A stretch of DNA of 64,000 nt, taken from the NCBI GenBank assembly GCA_002420315.1, contig DIHU01000219.1, positions 27,031 to 91,030 on the forward strand, written 5' to 3'. The number at the start of each line of letters is the position of its first letter. Positions within the stretch are counted from its first letter, which is position 1. Under the pieces are notes generated by a model. The model was not told where the DNA came from, ran no database searches, and was given only the letters and a program-made list of their open reading frames with translations. The stretch comes from Akkermansiaceae bacterium UBA5688. GTDB lineage: Bacteria; Verrucomicrobiota; Verrucomicrobiia; Verrucomicrobiales; Akkermansiaceae. Of this stretch, positions 39,480 to 48,936 are shown in pieces. A program made the position numbers and the translations under genes.

Positions 39480-40629
39480 GAAGCTGCTTTCCACTCTGGC
39501 GATTTTCACCAGTTCCTTGCTTGCAGACATTAGTCTTGATCCCACCTTTCACTTCAATGGGGTCATTGGGGACACCTCAGCCGAGTCGTTCAGCGAGATT
39601 GGAGGCCACGCCCACGATCCCAATGACAACTTTGCCGTTCAGGGTTTGGAGCCTGGGATGAACCTTCGGGTCGATGACTGGCTCGCCGGTTTCACCAACA
39701 TTAACATTTTCACGGATCCGAATCACGAGATTGATTGGGAACTCGAAGAAGCTTTCCTAAAGTTCAAAAATCTCCCGGGAGGCTTTGAAGTTCGTGGGGG
39801 GCGTATGCTCGCCCGAATGGGGCTTCAAAATAATCAGCACCTCCACACGTGGACTCTGATCAACTCCAACCTCACCACTTCTCAGTTTCTTGGTGAGGAA
39901 GGTTTAATGAGCGAGGGAATCGAGCTAACCTGGCGAAAAGACTTCGATCGGGGATTCTTAGCAATCTCATCCAACTTTAGCAATACCGCTTCTCATCATC
40001 ACCGTGATGATGAGGGCCACGGAGAGGACGAGCATGGGCACTCACCCGAAGACGCCTTTATGGAAGACAACGTATTCGTGTCTCGATTACTCCTCAGCTA
40101 CAACTGGAATGATTTTCATCAAAATATTCTGGGACTTAACACAGCATGGGGAAAAAACGGCTATCGTCGTAAAACCTCCATGCACTCGATCGATTACGCC
40201 TATACTTGGCGAGAAAATGGTATCGAACTAGGTGGACGGGAATTCTCTATCGGCGCCGAATATTTTTATCGTGACGTCGAGTGGATGGGTGCAGACGACC
40301 CCACGCTCCGCGGAGCAACCTCACAGAATAGCTTAATGGCCTACATTAATTACCGTTTTCATCCACAATGGGTTGCTGGCCTCCGCTACGAATACCTGGC
40401 AGGAGCCAGCGGTGGGGCCGATATTCACCTGGGCGAAACCGAGTATGCTTCTTTCGAGTCCGCCAAGCGTGAACGCCTCACCATTGCTCTAACCCGCGAA
40501 TTCCGCCACAGCGACCTCATGCTCTCTACTATCCGTCTCCAGTATTCCCACGATGACCTAGAGAACGAAAATGCTGATTCTATCTGGCTGCAATTCGGGT
40601 TCAATTTCGGTGGTCCCGAGATCCGCTAG
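39478..40629 (+). CDS. Putative outer-membrane beta-barrel (porin-like) protein with a His/Asp/Glu-rich loop
   Basis: Signal peptide (KLLSTLAIFTSSLLA), alternating beta-strand pattern, and the loop SHHHRDDEGHGEDEHGHSPED at about nt 39990-40050. The start codon is problematic (see findings). Confidence 0.55.
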   Translation: MKLLSTLAIFTSSLLADISLDPTFHFNGVIGDTSAESFSEIGGHAHDPNDNFAVQGLEPGMNLRVDDWLAGFTNINIFTDPNHEIDWELEEAFLKFKNLPGGFEVRGGRMLARMGLQNNQHLHTWTLINSNLTTSQFLGEEGLMSEGIELTWRKDFDRGFLAISSNFSNTASHHHRDDEGHGEDEHGHSPEDAFMEDNVFVSRLLLSYNWNDFHQNILGLNTAWGKNGYRRKTSMHSIDYAYTWRENGIELGGREFSIGAEYFYRDVEWMGADDPTLRGATSQNSLMAYINYRFHPQWVAGLRYEYLAGASGGADIHLGETEYASFESAKRERLTIALTREFRHSDLMLSTIRLQYSHDDLENENADSIWLQFGFNFGGPEIR

Positions 40630-40867
40630 CAAGCTTCCCATAGTGGATTCATTTAGTTTAAAATAGGGGTCATCACTACAGAATTCTCCTTTAAGGAACA
40701 AAGCCGAGGTTTTTTGGCAGATCGTGATTCAGCGAGAAATCACCACCATTGCCAGATCATAGAACGATGAGAGATCCCTTTTATTTTAGAGTGAAGATAG
40801 CGCTAGAGAGGGATTTCTTTGATTTTCCATTGAAAAAAACCTCGCGGGCCTTTCTCCTCCCGGCCAT

Positions 40868-43252
40868 ATGAACGTTTCGCTCACCTGGCTTAAAGAACGC
40901 CTCGATTTTGGCTCCCGCTCGCTCGAAGAAGTCTGCGACCTGCTAACCTTTGCTGGCATCGAAATCGAAGGCCTCCAAGAAATAGGTGTCAAGAGCGACC
41001 AAATTGTGGTGGCCGAAATCAAGGAAGCAGTCCAACACCCTGACGCCGACCGACTCAAAGTCACTAAAGTTGACGCCGGCGAAGGCTCGCTTCGTCAGAT
41101 TGTATGCGGTGCCACTAACTACAAAGTCGGTGATAAAGTTCCATGCTGCCTCCCCGGAGCCGCTCTGCCCGGCGGATTTAAGATCGGCGAAACCAAAATG
41201 CGCGGAGTTGAATCCAAAGGCATGCTCGCTGCCGGATCCGAAATCGGCCTCACCGATAAGGAAGACGGCCTTCTCATTCTCGATTCCGATTTCAAAGTCG
41301 GAACCCCCGTCAAAGACCTTTTCGATTCCGATACCCTCATCGAAGTCGAAATTACACCAAACCGTCCCGACCTCCTTTCCCACTCCGGCCTAGCCCGTGA
41401 ACTTGCCGCGCTTCTTCACACCGAAACCAAGCCGATCGTGAAATCGCAGCCCACCGAACTCGCTGAAGATTCTGGAGTCGTCACCGTCGATTCCACGACT
41501 TGCCCATTCTATTCTGTCCTCAGTATTAAAGGAGTCAAAGTCTCTCCAAGCCCGGATTGGCTTGTAAAGAAACTTAAAGCCATTGGCCTTCGTCCCATCA
41601 ATAACATCGTTGATATTACAAACTATGTCCTCCACGAAATCGGCCAACCGCTTCATGCCTTCGACGCTCGTAAGGTCAATGGAGCTATTCACGTTCGCCA
41701 AGCCTCCGAGGACGAAGAATTCAAAGCCCTCGATGAAGAAACCTACGCCCTCAAAGACATCGACTGCGTCATCTCTGACCAATCTGGCACACCCCTCGCT
41801 CTCGCTGGAATCATGGGCGGGCTCGACAGCGGAGTCACTGATTCCACTACCGAGATCCTCCTCGAGTCTGCTTATTTTACCACTTCTGAGATCCGCCGGA
41901 GCTCCCGTCGTCTCTTTCTGACATCTGATTCCTCCTATCGCTTCGAGCGCGGAGTCGATCCTCAACAAGTCTTGCCCGCCTCGGCCCTTGCGGCCGCCCT
42001 CATTCTTGAAATCGCCGGTGGTGAAATCTCTCCGCGAACCATAACTGCCGGACACCTTCCTAAAGAACTCCCGTCGGTCAAACTCGACGTAGGTCGTATG
42101 CTACAGCTCATGGACAACAGCATCTCACTAGAAGACGCTGGAACCATCCTCACTCGCCTCGGTCTTTCTTCATCTGATCTTGAAACCTGGAAAATTCCAA
42201 GCTGGCGCGGCGACCTAGAACGTTCCGCTGACCTTGTCGAAGAAATCGCCCGCACCCACGGACTTGAAAATATCCCATCCCGCACCGGTGGAACTGCCGT
42301 CGACGAAAGTAAAACCGACCGCGACTACGACCTCCTCCTCGATTTCAAAAAGAATCTAGTTGTATTAGGCTTTCACGAGAGCCAAACCATCAAATTGATC
42401 GCCGAAAGCCAACTTCGTGACTGCCTCCCGCTTCGACCAATCCAGGACGGCGATCTCATAAAAGTGACCCGCCCAATCAGCGAAGATCACACCATTCTGC
42501 GTCCCTCACTCACTCCTGGGCTCATAGCCACCGCGGAAAACAATCTTCGGCAAGGCGCCAAAACCCTTCGCTTTTTCGAAGCTGGACGCCAGTTTCGAAA
42601 CGTCGGTGGTGGCAAAGCCACCGATCTCGAAGCCGATTCTATCGCAATTCTCCTCGGCGGAGAAGCCAGCCCTCTCTCTTGGACTCGTAGTAAGAGTCGC
42701 GAACTTGATCTTTACGATCTTAAAGCCGCCATCCAAGCCGCACTCGGTAATCGTTCAATTCAATTCACAACCCGTGCTTGCGATGGCTTCCTTCTCAGCG
42801 GAGACATTCAACTCAGCGGAAAACCGATTGGTACATTTGCTCAAGTCATGCCCTCCCGAGCTCGTGAGATCAGCTTTAAAGCTCCCATCTATCTCGCAGA
42901 GCTCGATCAAAAAAAGGTCCTTGGAATCAAAAAAGATATGTTCCAAATCGAACCCCTTCCTCAATTTCCTGGATCGAGCCGTGACATCGCAATGGAGCTC
43001 CCCATCGAAACCAGTAATGCTGAGATCGAAAAAGCCCTCGGCAAACACAGCGACCCCCTGCTGGTATCAGCCACTTGCTTCGACCAATTCCACGATCCCT
43101 CTGGAAAAAAAATGCCCGCTGATAAACGTTCTATCGCTTACTCATTTGGCTATCGATCTGATAAGGGCACGATGAAACAAAAGGAAGTTGACGCTGCACA
43201 CGACAAACTTCGAGCGCACCTCGAGAAGACCCTACCCGTCACCTTCCGCTAA
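40868..43252 (+). CDS. pheT: Phenylalanine--tRNA ligase beta subunit
   Basis: MNVSLTWLKERLD start, tRNA-binding domain (HPDADRL..CGA.N), and B3/4, B5 and FDX-ACB blocks. 794 aa. No pheS gene is adjacent. Confidence 0.9.
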   Translation: MNVSLTWLKERLDFGSRSLEEVCDLLTFAGIEIEGLQEIGVKSDQIVVAEIKEAVQHPDADRLKVTKVDAGEGSLRQIVCGATNYKVGDKVPCCLPGAALPGGFKIGETKMRGVESKGMLAAGSEIGLTDKEDGLLILDSDFKVGTPVKDLFDSDTLIEVEITPNRPDLLSHSGLARELAALLHTETKPIVKSQPTELAEDSGVVTVDSTTCPFYSVLSIKGVKVSPSPDWLVKKLKAIGLRPINNIVDITNYVLHEIGQPLHAFDARKVNGAIHVRQASEDEEFKALDEETYALKDIDCVISDQSGTPLALAGIMGGLDSGVTDSTTEILLESAYFTTSEIRRSSRRLFLTSDSSYRFERGVDPQQVLPASALAAALILEIAGGEISPRTITAGHLPKELPSVKLDVGRMLQLMDNSISLEDAGTILTRLGLSSSDLETWKIPSWRGDLERSADLVEEIARTHGLENIPSRTGGTAVDESKTDRDYDLLLDFKKNLVVLGFHESQTIKLIAESQLRDCLPLRPIQDGDLIKVTRPISEDHTILRPSLTPGLIATAENNLRQGAKTLRFFEAGRQFRNVGGGKATDLEADSIAILLGGEASPLSWTRSKSRELDLYDLKAAIQAALGNRSIQFTTRACDGFLLSGDIQLSGKPIGTFAQVMPSRAREISFKAPIYLAELDQKKVLGIKKDMFQIEPLPQFPGSSRDIAMELPIETSNAEIEKALGKHSDPLLVSATCFDQFHDPSGKKMPADKRSIAYSFGYRSDKGTMKQKEVDAAHDKLRAHLEKTLPVTFR

Positions 43253-43432
43253 GGCCGGCGTTCAAATGGATGCGCAAGTTCTAAGGAAAGCGATTTCCCT
43301 TGCGTCCAAGTAAAAAAATCGACCATTCCTCCTCTGTTTGCCTCTTATGCAATACAGTCTTCAGCATAGAAGCAGCTAAAGTAATTCGAAACTAGATTAT
43401 CGCCGCGTCGAAACCCACCGAAGACGAGAGGA

Positions 43433-44152
43433 TTAGTCCCCGTAACGATAGTGCCCTTTAATCGAGTAATCAAAGAGCTTATTTTCCCATCGAGGACCGT
43501 CACCTATGTTGTGGACCACCCATTTTTCGGTTTTTTTGACACCCGGACCTGGAACCACCATCCCAATATGTTTGTTCCCATCCAATAACTGCCAAATAAC
43601 AATATCACCAAAACTGTAGTCCTCTGAATCCTGAGTCACACCCAAAACCTGCCCCTTACGGGTAAAAAAGCGTTGTAGGTTCTGAACCCGCCGGTGATCG
43701 ATATTGGTATCTGGTGCTTTGGAACCGAAAATCTGTGGATATGCGTAAAAGTTCTCTCTAAGATCAGCGTGAAGTTCAACCTGGAGATCGATCTCAAGAC
43801 TCCGATACGACCTCACGATCAAATCCTCCGCTTTCCCACGATTTGGAGCAATATCGCCGTTGGGAAAATCAATTTTGAAATATGACCCATCGTAATTAAC
43901 CTGAGCTTGGGTCCGTTCAAGAGCCGCCGCTGCCAATCGGGAGCCAAAATCACCATCTGATTCAAGCGTCGTGATGGATTCACGAACATTAGCAGGTGAG
44001 GTCAAATCAGTTTGAGCACGCAGAAAAGGGATCAAAGGGCGTAGAAAGAAACTACCCAGAGCGACCGCAAAAGCAACGAGAAGCCAGCCTCCAAATGAGC
44101 TTCTGCGCTTTTTTTTCACCGGGGCAGCCCCGATATACTCAATTGGTCTCAT
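43433..44152 (-). CDS. DUF1287 domain protein
   Basis: N-terminal TM segment, then YDGSYFKIDFPNGD...NIDHRRVQNLQRFF...GDIVIW, as in DUF1287. Confidence 0.7.
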   Translation of the reverse strand: MRPIEYIGAAPVKKKRRSSFGGWLLVAFAVALGSFFLRPLIPFLRAQTDLTSPANVRESITTLESDGDFGSRLAAAALERTQAQVNYDGSYFKIDFPNGDIAPNRGKAEDLIVRSYRSLEIDLQVELHADLRENFYAYPQIFGSKAPDTNIDHRRVQNLQRFFTRKGQVLGVTQDSEDYSFGDIVIWQLLDGNKHIGMVVPGPGVKKTEKWVVHNIGDGPRWENKLFDYSIKGHYRYGD

Positions 44153-44159
44153 TAAACTT

Positions 44160-44864
44160 ATGTTTGATACTAAGAAGTCTCATATTTCTACGGTTGTGAC
44201 GAGTGAAAATCTGTCGTTCTTCTTGAGAAAAAAGATATTTTTTCATCTTGTAGGGCCCGTGGAGCAAGTTGCTGTCATTTTTGCAGAAGAAACCCCAACT
44301 TTTTTCGAGCTTGAGCGTCATGGGGTCATTCTTCTAACAGATTGGTCAGGCTCGAAAATTACAAATTTTCCAAAGTTTCTTTTCTGGATCGATCAAACTC
44401 ATTTTCACTTTCTGGTAAGCCAAGAGGGAACCCCTGGCCTGAATCATCCGGACAGCCGATCGGGGCATTATCAATCCGAACTTTGGAAATATGATGTCGC
44501 AGAATTTTTCCTGCTTTCATCCGATAAAAACCGATATCTCGAATTCAACCTTGCTCCGAACGGTGGATGGTGGTCGAGCGGATTTTGCGCCCCTTCGATA
44601 CCTGCTCCGGGCGAACCATTACCTATTCCTAATGTGCAAACCTCAGGAGAGGTGAATCGCGATGGCTGGCGGGCTCGCGCTAGCATTCCATTGTCATGGT
44701 TACAAAAAAACTACGGATTCAGTAAATCAACATGCCTAAACGCCTGCTTTATCCTGAATTCGCCCGACCAAATCTTTGTCAGTGCCGGCAATCTTGGGGA
44801 TGGAAACCCCGACTATCACCGCCCAAAACAATTCCCTCCCCTCGATCCGATCACTCTCGCGTGA
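44160..44864 (+). CDS. Hypothetical protein, possibly carbohydrate-binding family 9 (CBM9/DOMON)-like
   Basis: LWKYDVAEFFL...YLEFNLAPNGGWW resembles the CBM9-like fold signature. The start is uncertain. Confidence 0.35.
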   Translation: MFDTKKSHISTVVTSENLSFFLRKKIFFHLVGPVEQVAVIFAEETPTFFELERHGVILLTDWSGSKITNFPKFLFWIDQTHFHFLVSQEGTPGLNHPDSRSGHYQSELWKYDVAEFFLLSSDKNRYLEFNLAPNGGWWSSGFCAPSIPAPGEPLPIPNVQTSGEVNRDGWRARASIPLSWLQKNYGFSKSTCLNACFILNSPDQIFVSAGNLGDGNPDYHRPKQFPPLDPITLA

Positions 44865-44895
44865 CATCTTGGCTCATCCCCCCTATCTTCCGCTC

Positions 44896-45891
44896 ATGCC
44901 CGAAACGTCTCAGGCCGTGCTTTCCCAAGACCGACCTTACCTCCAGTTGAACGAAGGTTACCTGGCAATCGCTTCACCTAATTCTATCGCGGAGGCTTGT
45001 TTTAGCATTCCTGCAGTTCGAGGAATTCAAGCCGTCCGGATTGCAGTGGTGGCAAACCATGAAACAGCTCCATTATGGCGTAAGGTTGACGAAGTCAGCC
45101 GAGTCGTTGAGCATTCTCGCTCTGATTCTGCCCGAAAGATCATTAATTTAATTAGAGAATCTAATTTAAATATCGAGTCTGCGATTGCTTGGGAAGATAG
45201 CTCCGCAGCGCAAGCATTTGCTAAAATTGGAGTCAAAAATCGCCTTGGCTTCCCTATTAAAAAGCTGGTCAGACATCTCACTCAATCTGTAGCGATCACC
45301 CAAAAGCCCGGACCCGTAGTTCATCGCGTCCAGAGCTACCTCCACTTTGTTAAAAAATTGGGATTTGACCCTTTCCATGCTGTTTATTTCGCCCCTCCAA
45401 CAAGACCTCAAGCACCAGACCTTCCAATTCTTGCGATCTCACCTGGATCCGATTTTGGAGATGCTGCCGAGTGGCCAATTGATCGTTTCACAGAATTAGC
45501 CAGAGAGTTCTCTGGCAGATTTGATCTCGCGATCGTTGCACACCCTGACCGACCAGAACCCGCTCTCGATCTCGCAAAATCTCTCGGCAAGGTCATCTGC
45601 TCATACGAAGGCGCTGAGCTAATCAATTTCCTGGCGACCTGCCACGGGCTTATCGCAAGCGATAGTTCCATTCCGCACCTCGCCTCTTTCGTAGGGACAC
45701 CTTCACTTGTCTTCTTTGGCCCGAACGAACCCGAATGGCGACGACCTCTCGGTAAAATTCACCAAGTTATTTATGAACACGTTGCCTGTAGCGGCTGCTT
45801 CTTGAACAAATGCCCCTTAGATCATCGATGCATGACTGAGATCACATCAGCTAAAGCCCTGGCCAAAGCTCGCGCTCTTTTCGGCGAATAA
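44896..45891 (+). CDS. GT9 glycosyltransferase (LPS heptosyltransferase family)
   Basis: C-terminal SDSSIPHLASFVGTPSLVFFGP motif. The ATG at 44896 is preferred over the tracked 44776, which would overlap the upstream ORF by 89 nt. Confidence 0.7.
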   Translation: MPETSQAVLSQDRPYLQLNEGYLAIASPNSIAEACFSIPAVRGIQAVRIAVVANHETAPLWRKVDEVSRVVEHSRSDSARKIINLIRESNLNIESAIAWEDSSAAQAFAKIGVKNRLGFPIKKLVRHLTQSVAITQKPGPVVHRVQSYLHFVKKLGFDPFHAVYFAPPTRPQAPDLPILAISPGSDFGDAAEWPIDRFTELAREFSGRFDLAIVAHPDRPEPALDLAKSLGKVICSYEGAELINFLATCHGLIASDSSIPHLASFVGTPSLVFFGPNEPEWRRPLGKIHQVIYEHVACSGCFLNKCPLDHRCMTEITSAKALAKARALFGE

Positions 45892-45894
45892 ATA

Positions 45895-45928
45895 AGCACC
45901 TGCGATCTCCAGAATAGCTGCAGGTGCT
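45895..45928. terminator. Hairpin between convergent genes (9-bp perfect stem, 16-nt loop)
   Basis: AGCACCTGC (45895-45903) pairs with GCAGGTGCT (45920-45928). On the minus strand it is followed by the T-rich TTATTTATT, so it could terminate the ispG-clpS transcript. Confidence 0.4.
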
Positions 45929-45940
45929 CTGACGATTTAT

Positions 45941-46390
45941 TCAATCACCCATTACATATTGAAGCAACAAGCCCTGAATGTGGCTGTAAAAGTTATTTCG
46001 GAAGTAAGCTGCACGCGCCGAGGAATCTTCAAGCATTTTTGGATCTACATCTTCACGGGCCCCAAATCTGTATTTGTCTTCCAGAGCCAGCCGAGCCTGA
46101 TTCAGGGCACCATACCAGACATCAACACTACCCTTCAGAATATGAATTTCATCTTCCTCTTCTTTAGCCCTCATCACCTCCTTCACTACAGTGATTCGCT
46201 GCTTTGAAAACTCTTCGGCTAGTTCAGGAGCCACAATTTCGTCCCACATCGAGTCCTCATCCATCAATCCAGCAAGCCTTCCCGCCAAATCAGAATCACT
46301 ATCCCCCGCGATCCCAATCAGAAGCATCCAATCGTGCTCCGTTTCAGGCACAAGCTTTAATCCACCAGCAACTGTTGGTCCTACTGTCAT
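45941..46390 (-). CDS. Hypothetical acidic protein coupled to clpS, possibly DUF2017-like
   Basis: 4-nt overlap with the clpS stop. C-terminal WYGALNQARLALEDKY...FYSHIQGLLLQYV resembles my recollection of the DUF2017 pattern. Confidence 0.45.
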   Translation of the reverse strand: MTVGPTVAGGLKLVPETEHDWMLLIGIAGDSDSDLAGRLAGLMDEDSMWDEIVAPELAEEFSKQRITVVKEVMRAKEEEDEIHILKGSVDVWYGALNQARLALEDKYRFGAREDVDPKMLEDSSARAAYFRNNFYSHIQGLLLQYVMGD

Positions 46391-46677
46391 TCTGCTCTAT
46401 CAAGAGTGGCGTGTAGTTGAGCGCTGTGGAGTTGGTTCACATACATTTCCGCTTTCTCACGATTCCCACTCCAAACAACGGCTCTACCTTTTTGATGCAC
46501 GGCCATCATCAGTTCCTCTGCTTTCTCCCTTGAGAAACCAAAGATATTGGTAAGGACGCGACTCACATACTCCATCAGATTCACCGGATCATCTAAAACG
46601 ACCACCTGCCAAGGCTTATCAGACTTTTTCTTAATCCTCGCTCGAGTCTCAGGAGCCGGGGCATCTACCGCATCCAT
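46387..46677 (-). CDS. clpS: ATP-dependent Clp protease adaptor ClpS
   Basis: WQVVVLDDPVNLMEYVSRVL...FGFSREKAEELMMAVHQKGRAVV. Confidence 0.9.
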   Translation of the reverse strand: MDAVDAPAPETRARIKKKSDKPWQVVVLDDPVNLMEYVSRVLTNIFGFSREKAEELMMAVHQKGRAVVWSGNREKAEMYVNQLHSAQLHATLDRAE

Positions 46678-46680
46678 GAC

Positions 46681-48453
46681 CTAGGCTTCCACAACTTCTT
46701 CTGGCGCATCTACCCAGCGCCCGTGTTCACGAATTAAATCCTGCAATCTTTCAACCGCTTCACCCTCCGGGATATTAAATTTTACGGCCTGCTTACCGAC
46801 ATAAAGATTGATCTTACCTGGAGCTCCACCGACATAACCAAAGTCGGCGTCCGCCATCTCCCCAGGTCCATTTACAATACATCCCATGACTGCAATTCGG
46901 ACCCCTTTTAAATGTCCAGTAGCTTCACGGATTTTTTGGGTCGTTTCTTGAAGGTTAAATAAGGTGCGTCCACAGCTCGGACACGCGACATAGTCAGTCT
47001 TGAAAATTCGTGCGCCCGCAGCCTGAAGAATATTGTAGGAAAGTCTAAGTGATTGCCCCGGAGCTTCTTCGCCCTGCACCAAAATCGCGTCTCCAATTCC
47101 ATCGCAAATCAACGAACCCAAATTCATTGAAGCTTTCAACAAAGTAGGAAGAAAATCAGCCCCTGCATCATTCGATGGAGCGAGTGTGTCCTTAAGCAAA
47201 ATTGAATGCCGGGCATCCGCCTTCGCTGCCAACAGGCGGAAAGCGTAAATGGCAGGAAGATTCAACCCATCCTTTACTGTGAGCAATCTCGACTCATCCG
47301 ACTGATTGATTTTTGAGATTATCTCATCTTCCCGGGGGTCAAGCTCTACCACACCGGAGTCCTCGCTGACAATTTCCGGCTTAAAATCGCCCATCTGATC
47401 AATCTTGTGAGCCACCGAATCCCACTTCTTACGGGAAGTGAAAACACGCATCAATTCAGTGCCGCCCAAAGATAGCCCCGCCATTCGTTGGACGCTGCTC
47501 TTCCGGCGCTCGTATTCAAAAGAATTCCAAGATTCCTTCACTTCCGTCTCATATCCACCCTCCGGAATCGCTCTTACTAAAGCCTGCGCAACCGGGACCT
47601 CATGCACTGCATCTTCTGTCAAACTCACGCGAATGGTATCCCCGATGCCGTCCGCCAGCAAACTCCCGATGCCAATTGCACTCTTAATACGGCCATCCTC
47701 ACCGTCACCCGCTTCGGTCACCCCCAAATGAAGCGGATAATTCCAATCGGAACCTTCCGCTTCAAGCCGTGCCACCAACAAGCGGTATGCTTCAATCATG
47801 ACCTTTGGATTGGAAGCCTTCATCGAAAAGACAAAATTATGAAAATCCTCCTCCCGAGCGATCCGCGCAAACTCCAGCGCGCTTTCAACCATTCCAAGCG
47901 GAGTATCACCATAACGATTCATAATGCGGTCGGAGAGTGAACCATGATTGGTTCCGATTCTCACTGCGCGGCCGAGGTTCTTGCAAAGGGTAACCAACGG
48001 TGTGAATTCCTCCCGAATTCGGCCCAACTCTTCTTCGTATTGTTCATCGGTATATTCCCGAATTTCAAATTTTTTCTTATCTGCATAATTCCCGGGATTG
48101 ACCCGCACCTTCTCCACCCACTTTGCCGCCTCAAAAGCCGCATCAGGCTTAAAGTGAATATCCGCGACTAAGGGAACTCCGCAATTAGCAGCCCGAACTC
48201 CATCACGAATATTCTCGAGATTTTCAGCATACTTCCGTGTTTGGGCTGTAATCCTAACCACCTCACAACCCGCATCTGATAGCTGAAGCACCTCCTTAAC
48301 ACAGGCCTCGGTATCACGGGTGTCCGAAGTAATCATCGATTGGACCAAGACAGGATTACCGCCGCCCACTTTCACGTTCCCAAAGGTTACCTCCCGTGAC
48401 TCGCGACGGGAGTAATAAAAGAGGTTTTTGCAGTAACGTAATTCGGATGCCAT
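46681..48453 (-). CDS. ispG: 4-hydroxy-3-methylbut-2-en-1-yl diphosphate synthase, long form with an inserted domain
   Basis: TIM-barrel N-domain (VQSMITSDTRD, VRITAQ), an insert of about 250 aa, and a C-terminal Fe-S domain (ACPSCGRT, MGCIVNGPGEM). Confidence 0.9.
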   Translation of the reverse strand: MASELRYCKNLFYYSRRESREVTFGNVKVGGGNPVLVQSMITSDTRDTEACVKEVLQLSDAGCEVVRITAQTRKYAENLENIRDGVRAANCGVPLVADIHFKPDAAFEAAKWVEKVRVNPGNYADKKKFEIREYTDEQYEEELGRIREEFTPLVTLCKNLGRAVRIGTNHGSLSDRIMNRYGDTPLGMVESALEFARIAREEDFHNFVFSMKASNPKVMIEAYRLLVARLEAEGSDWNYPLHLGVTEAGDGEDGRIKSAIGIGSLLADGIGDTIRVSLTEDAVHEVPVAQALVRAIPEGGYETEVKESWNSFEYERRKSSVQRMAGLSLGGTELMRVFTSRKKWDSVAHKIDQMGDFKPEIVSEDSGVVELDPREDEIISKINQSDESRLLTVKDGLNLPAIYAFRLLAAKADARHSILLKDTLAPSNDAGADFLPTLLKASMNLGSLICDGIGDAILVQGEEAPGQSLRLSYNILQAAGARIFKTDYVACPSCGRTLFNLQETTQKIREATGHLKGVRIAVMGCIVNGPGEMADADFGYVGGAPGKINLYVGKQAVKFNIPEGEAVERLQDLIREHGRWVDAPEEVVEA

Positions 48454-48936
48454 ATAGATGGATTAGGTTCTAAGATAAAAAAGGCCTACCCGCAACGCCC
48501 ACATTCCCTGATTATCGTCATCTAGGGTTTCTCTTCCAGTTTTGCGGCCATGGCCCGGCCTTAACTGTGAATACACCTTCGATGAAGCAACTTTAAATAT
48601 TGCTCCTGATATCCCCAACTTTCTTCTTCCTTGGTATTGCTGGTCTCGTGATGACGCTGAGATCCACAAAAATTCCTGAGGTGCATCTTAATAGAGAATC
48701 GTGAGACGCCCCCTCTGCGCCCAGATAGCGGAAGTCTGCTGGAGGAAATCTGCCGCTCGGATTGGATTTCTAGTTAGGGTAAAGCCAAAACCATATAGTG
48801 GCCTCCTATATTAGCCCTACGAACCATTATATTTTGCCATCAGAGTGACCATCTAAGATTTAAAAAAACGATCGCGCAATGACTCTCTCGATTTCCCTTC
48901 TTTATTTTTTGTTCGAGAAAGACTACTTCTCTGGGT

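Noticed and set aside
41390-42055. A 221-aa ORF antisense to pheT. Other long internal or antisense ORFs occur at 40943..41383, 42606..43175, 1407..1835, 16232..16708 and 57605..58216.
   Set aside because: Each lies wholly inside a gene whose protein shows unambiguous family motifs on the other strand or frame. Their products are low-complexity, rich in Arg, Ser and Pro, and have no recognisable motif. I treat them as shadow ORFs.
43270-43330. An imperfect hairpin (GGATGCGCAAG...CTTGCGTCC) between the convergent pheT and DUF1287 genes.
   Set aside because: The stem is bulged. It is followed by an A-run on the plus strand and preceded by the T-run on the minus strand, so it fits an intrinsic terminator in neither direction.
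48454-48936. Possible housekeeping RNA (RNase P, tmRNA, SRP, 6S) or riboswitch in the long spacer.
   Set aside because: I could not find the conserved core strings of RNase P, tmRNA, SRP or TPP elements by eye. The region is kept only as a low-interest finding pending a covariance-model scan.
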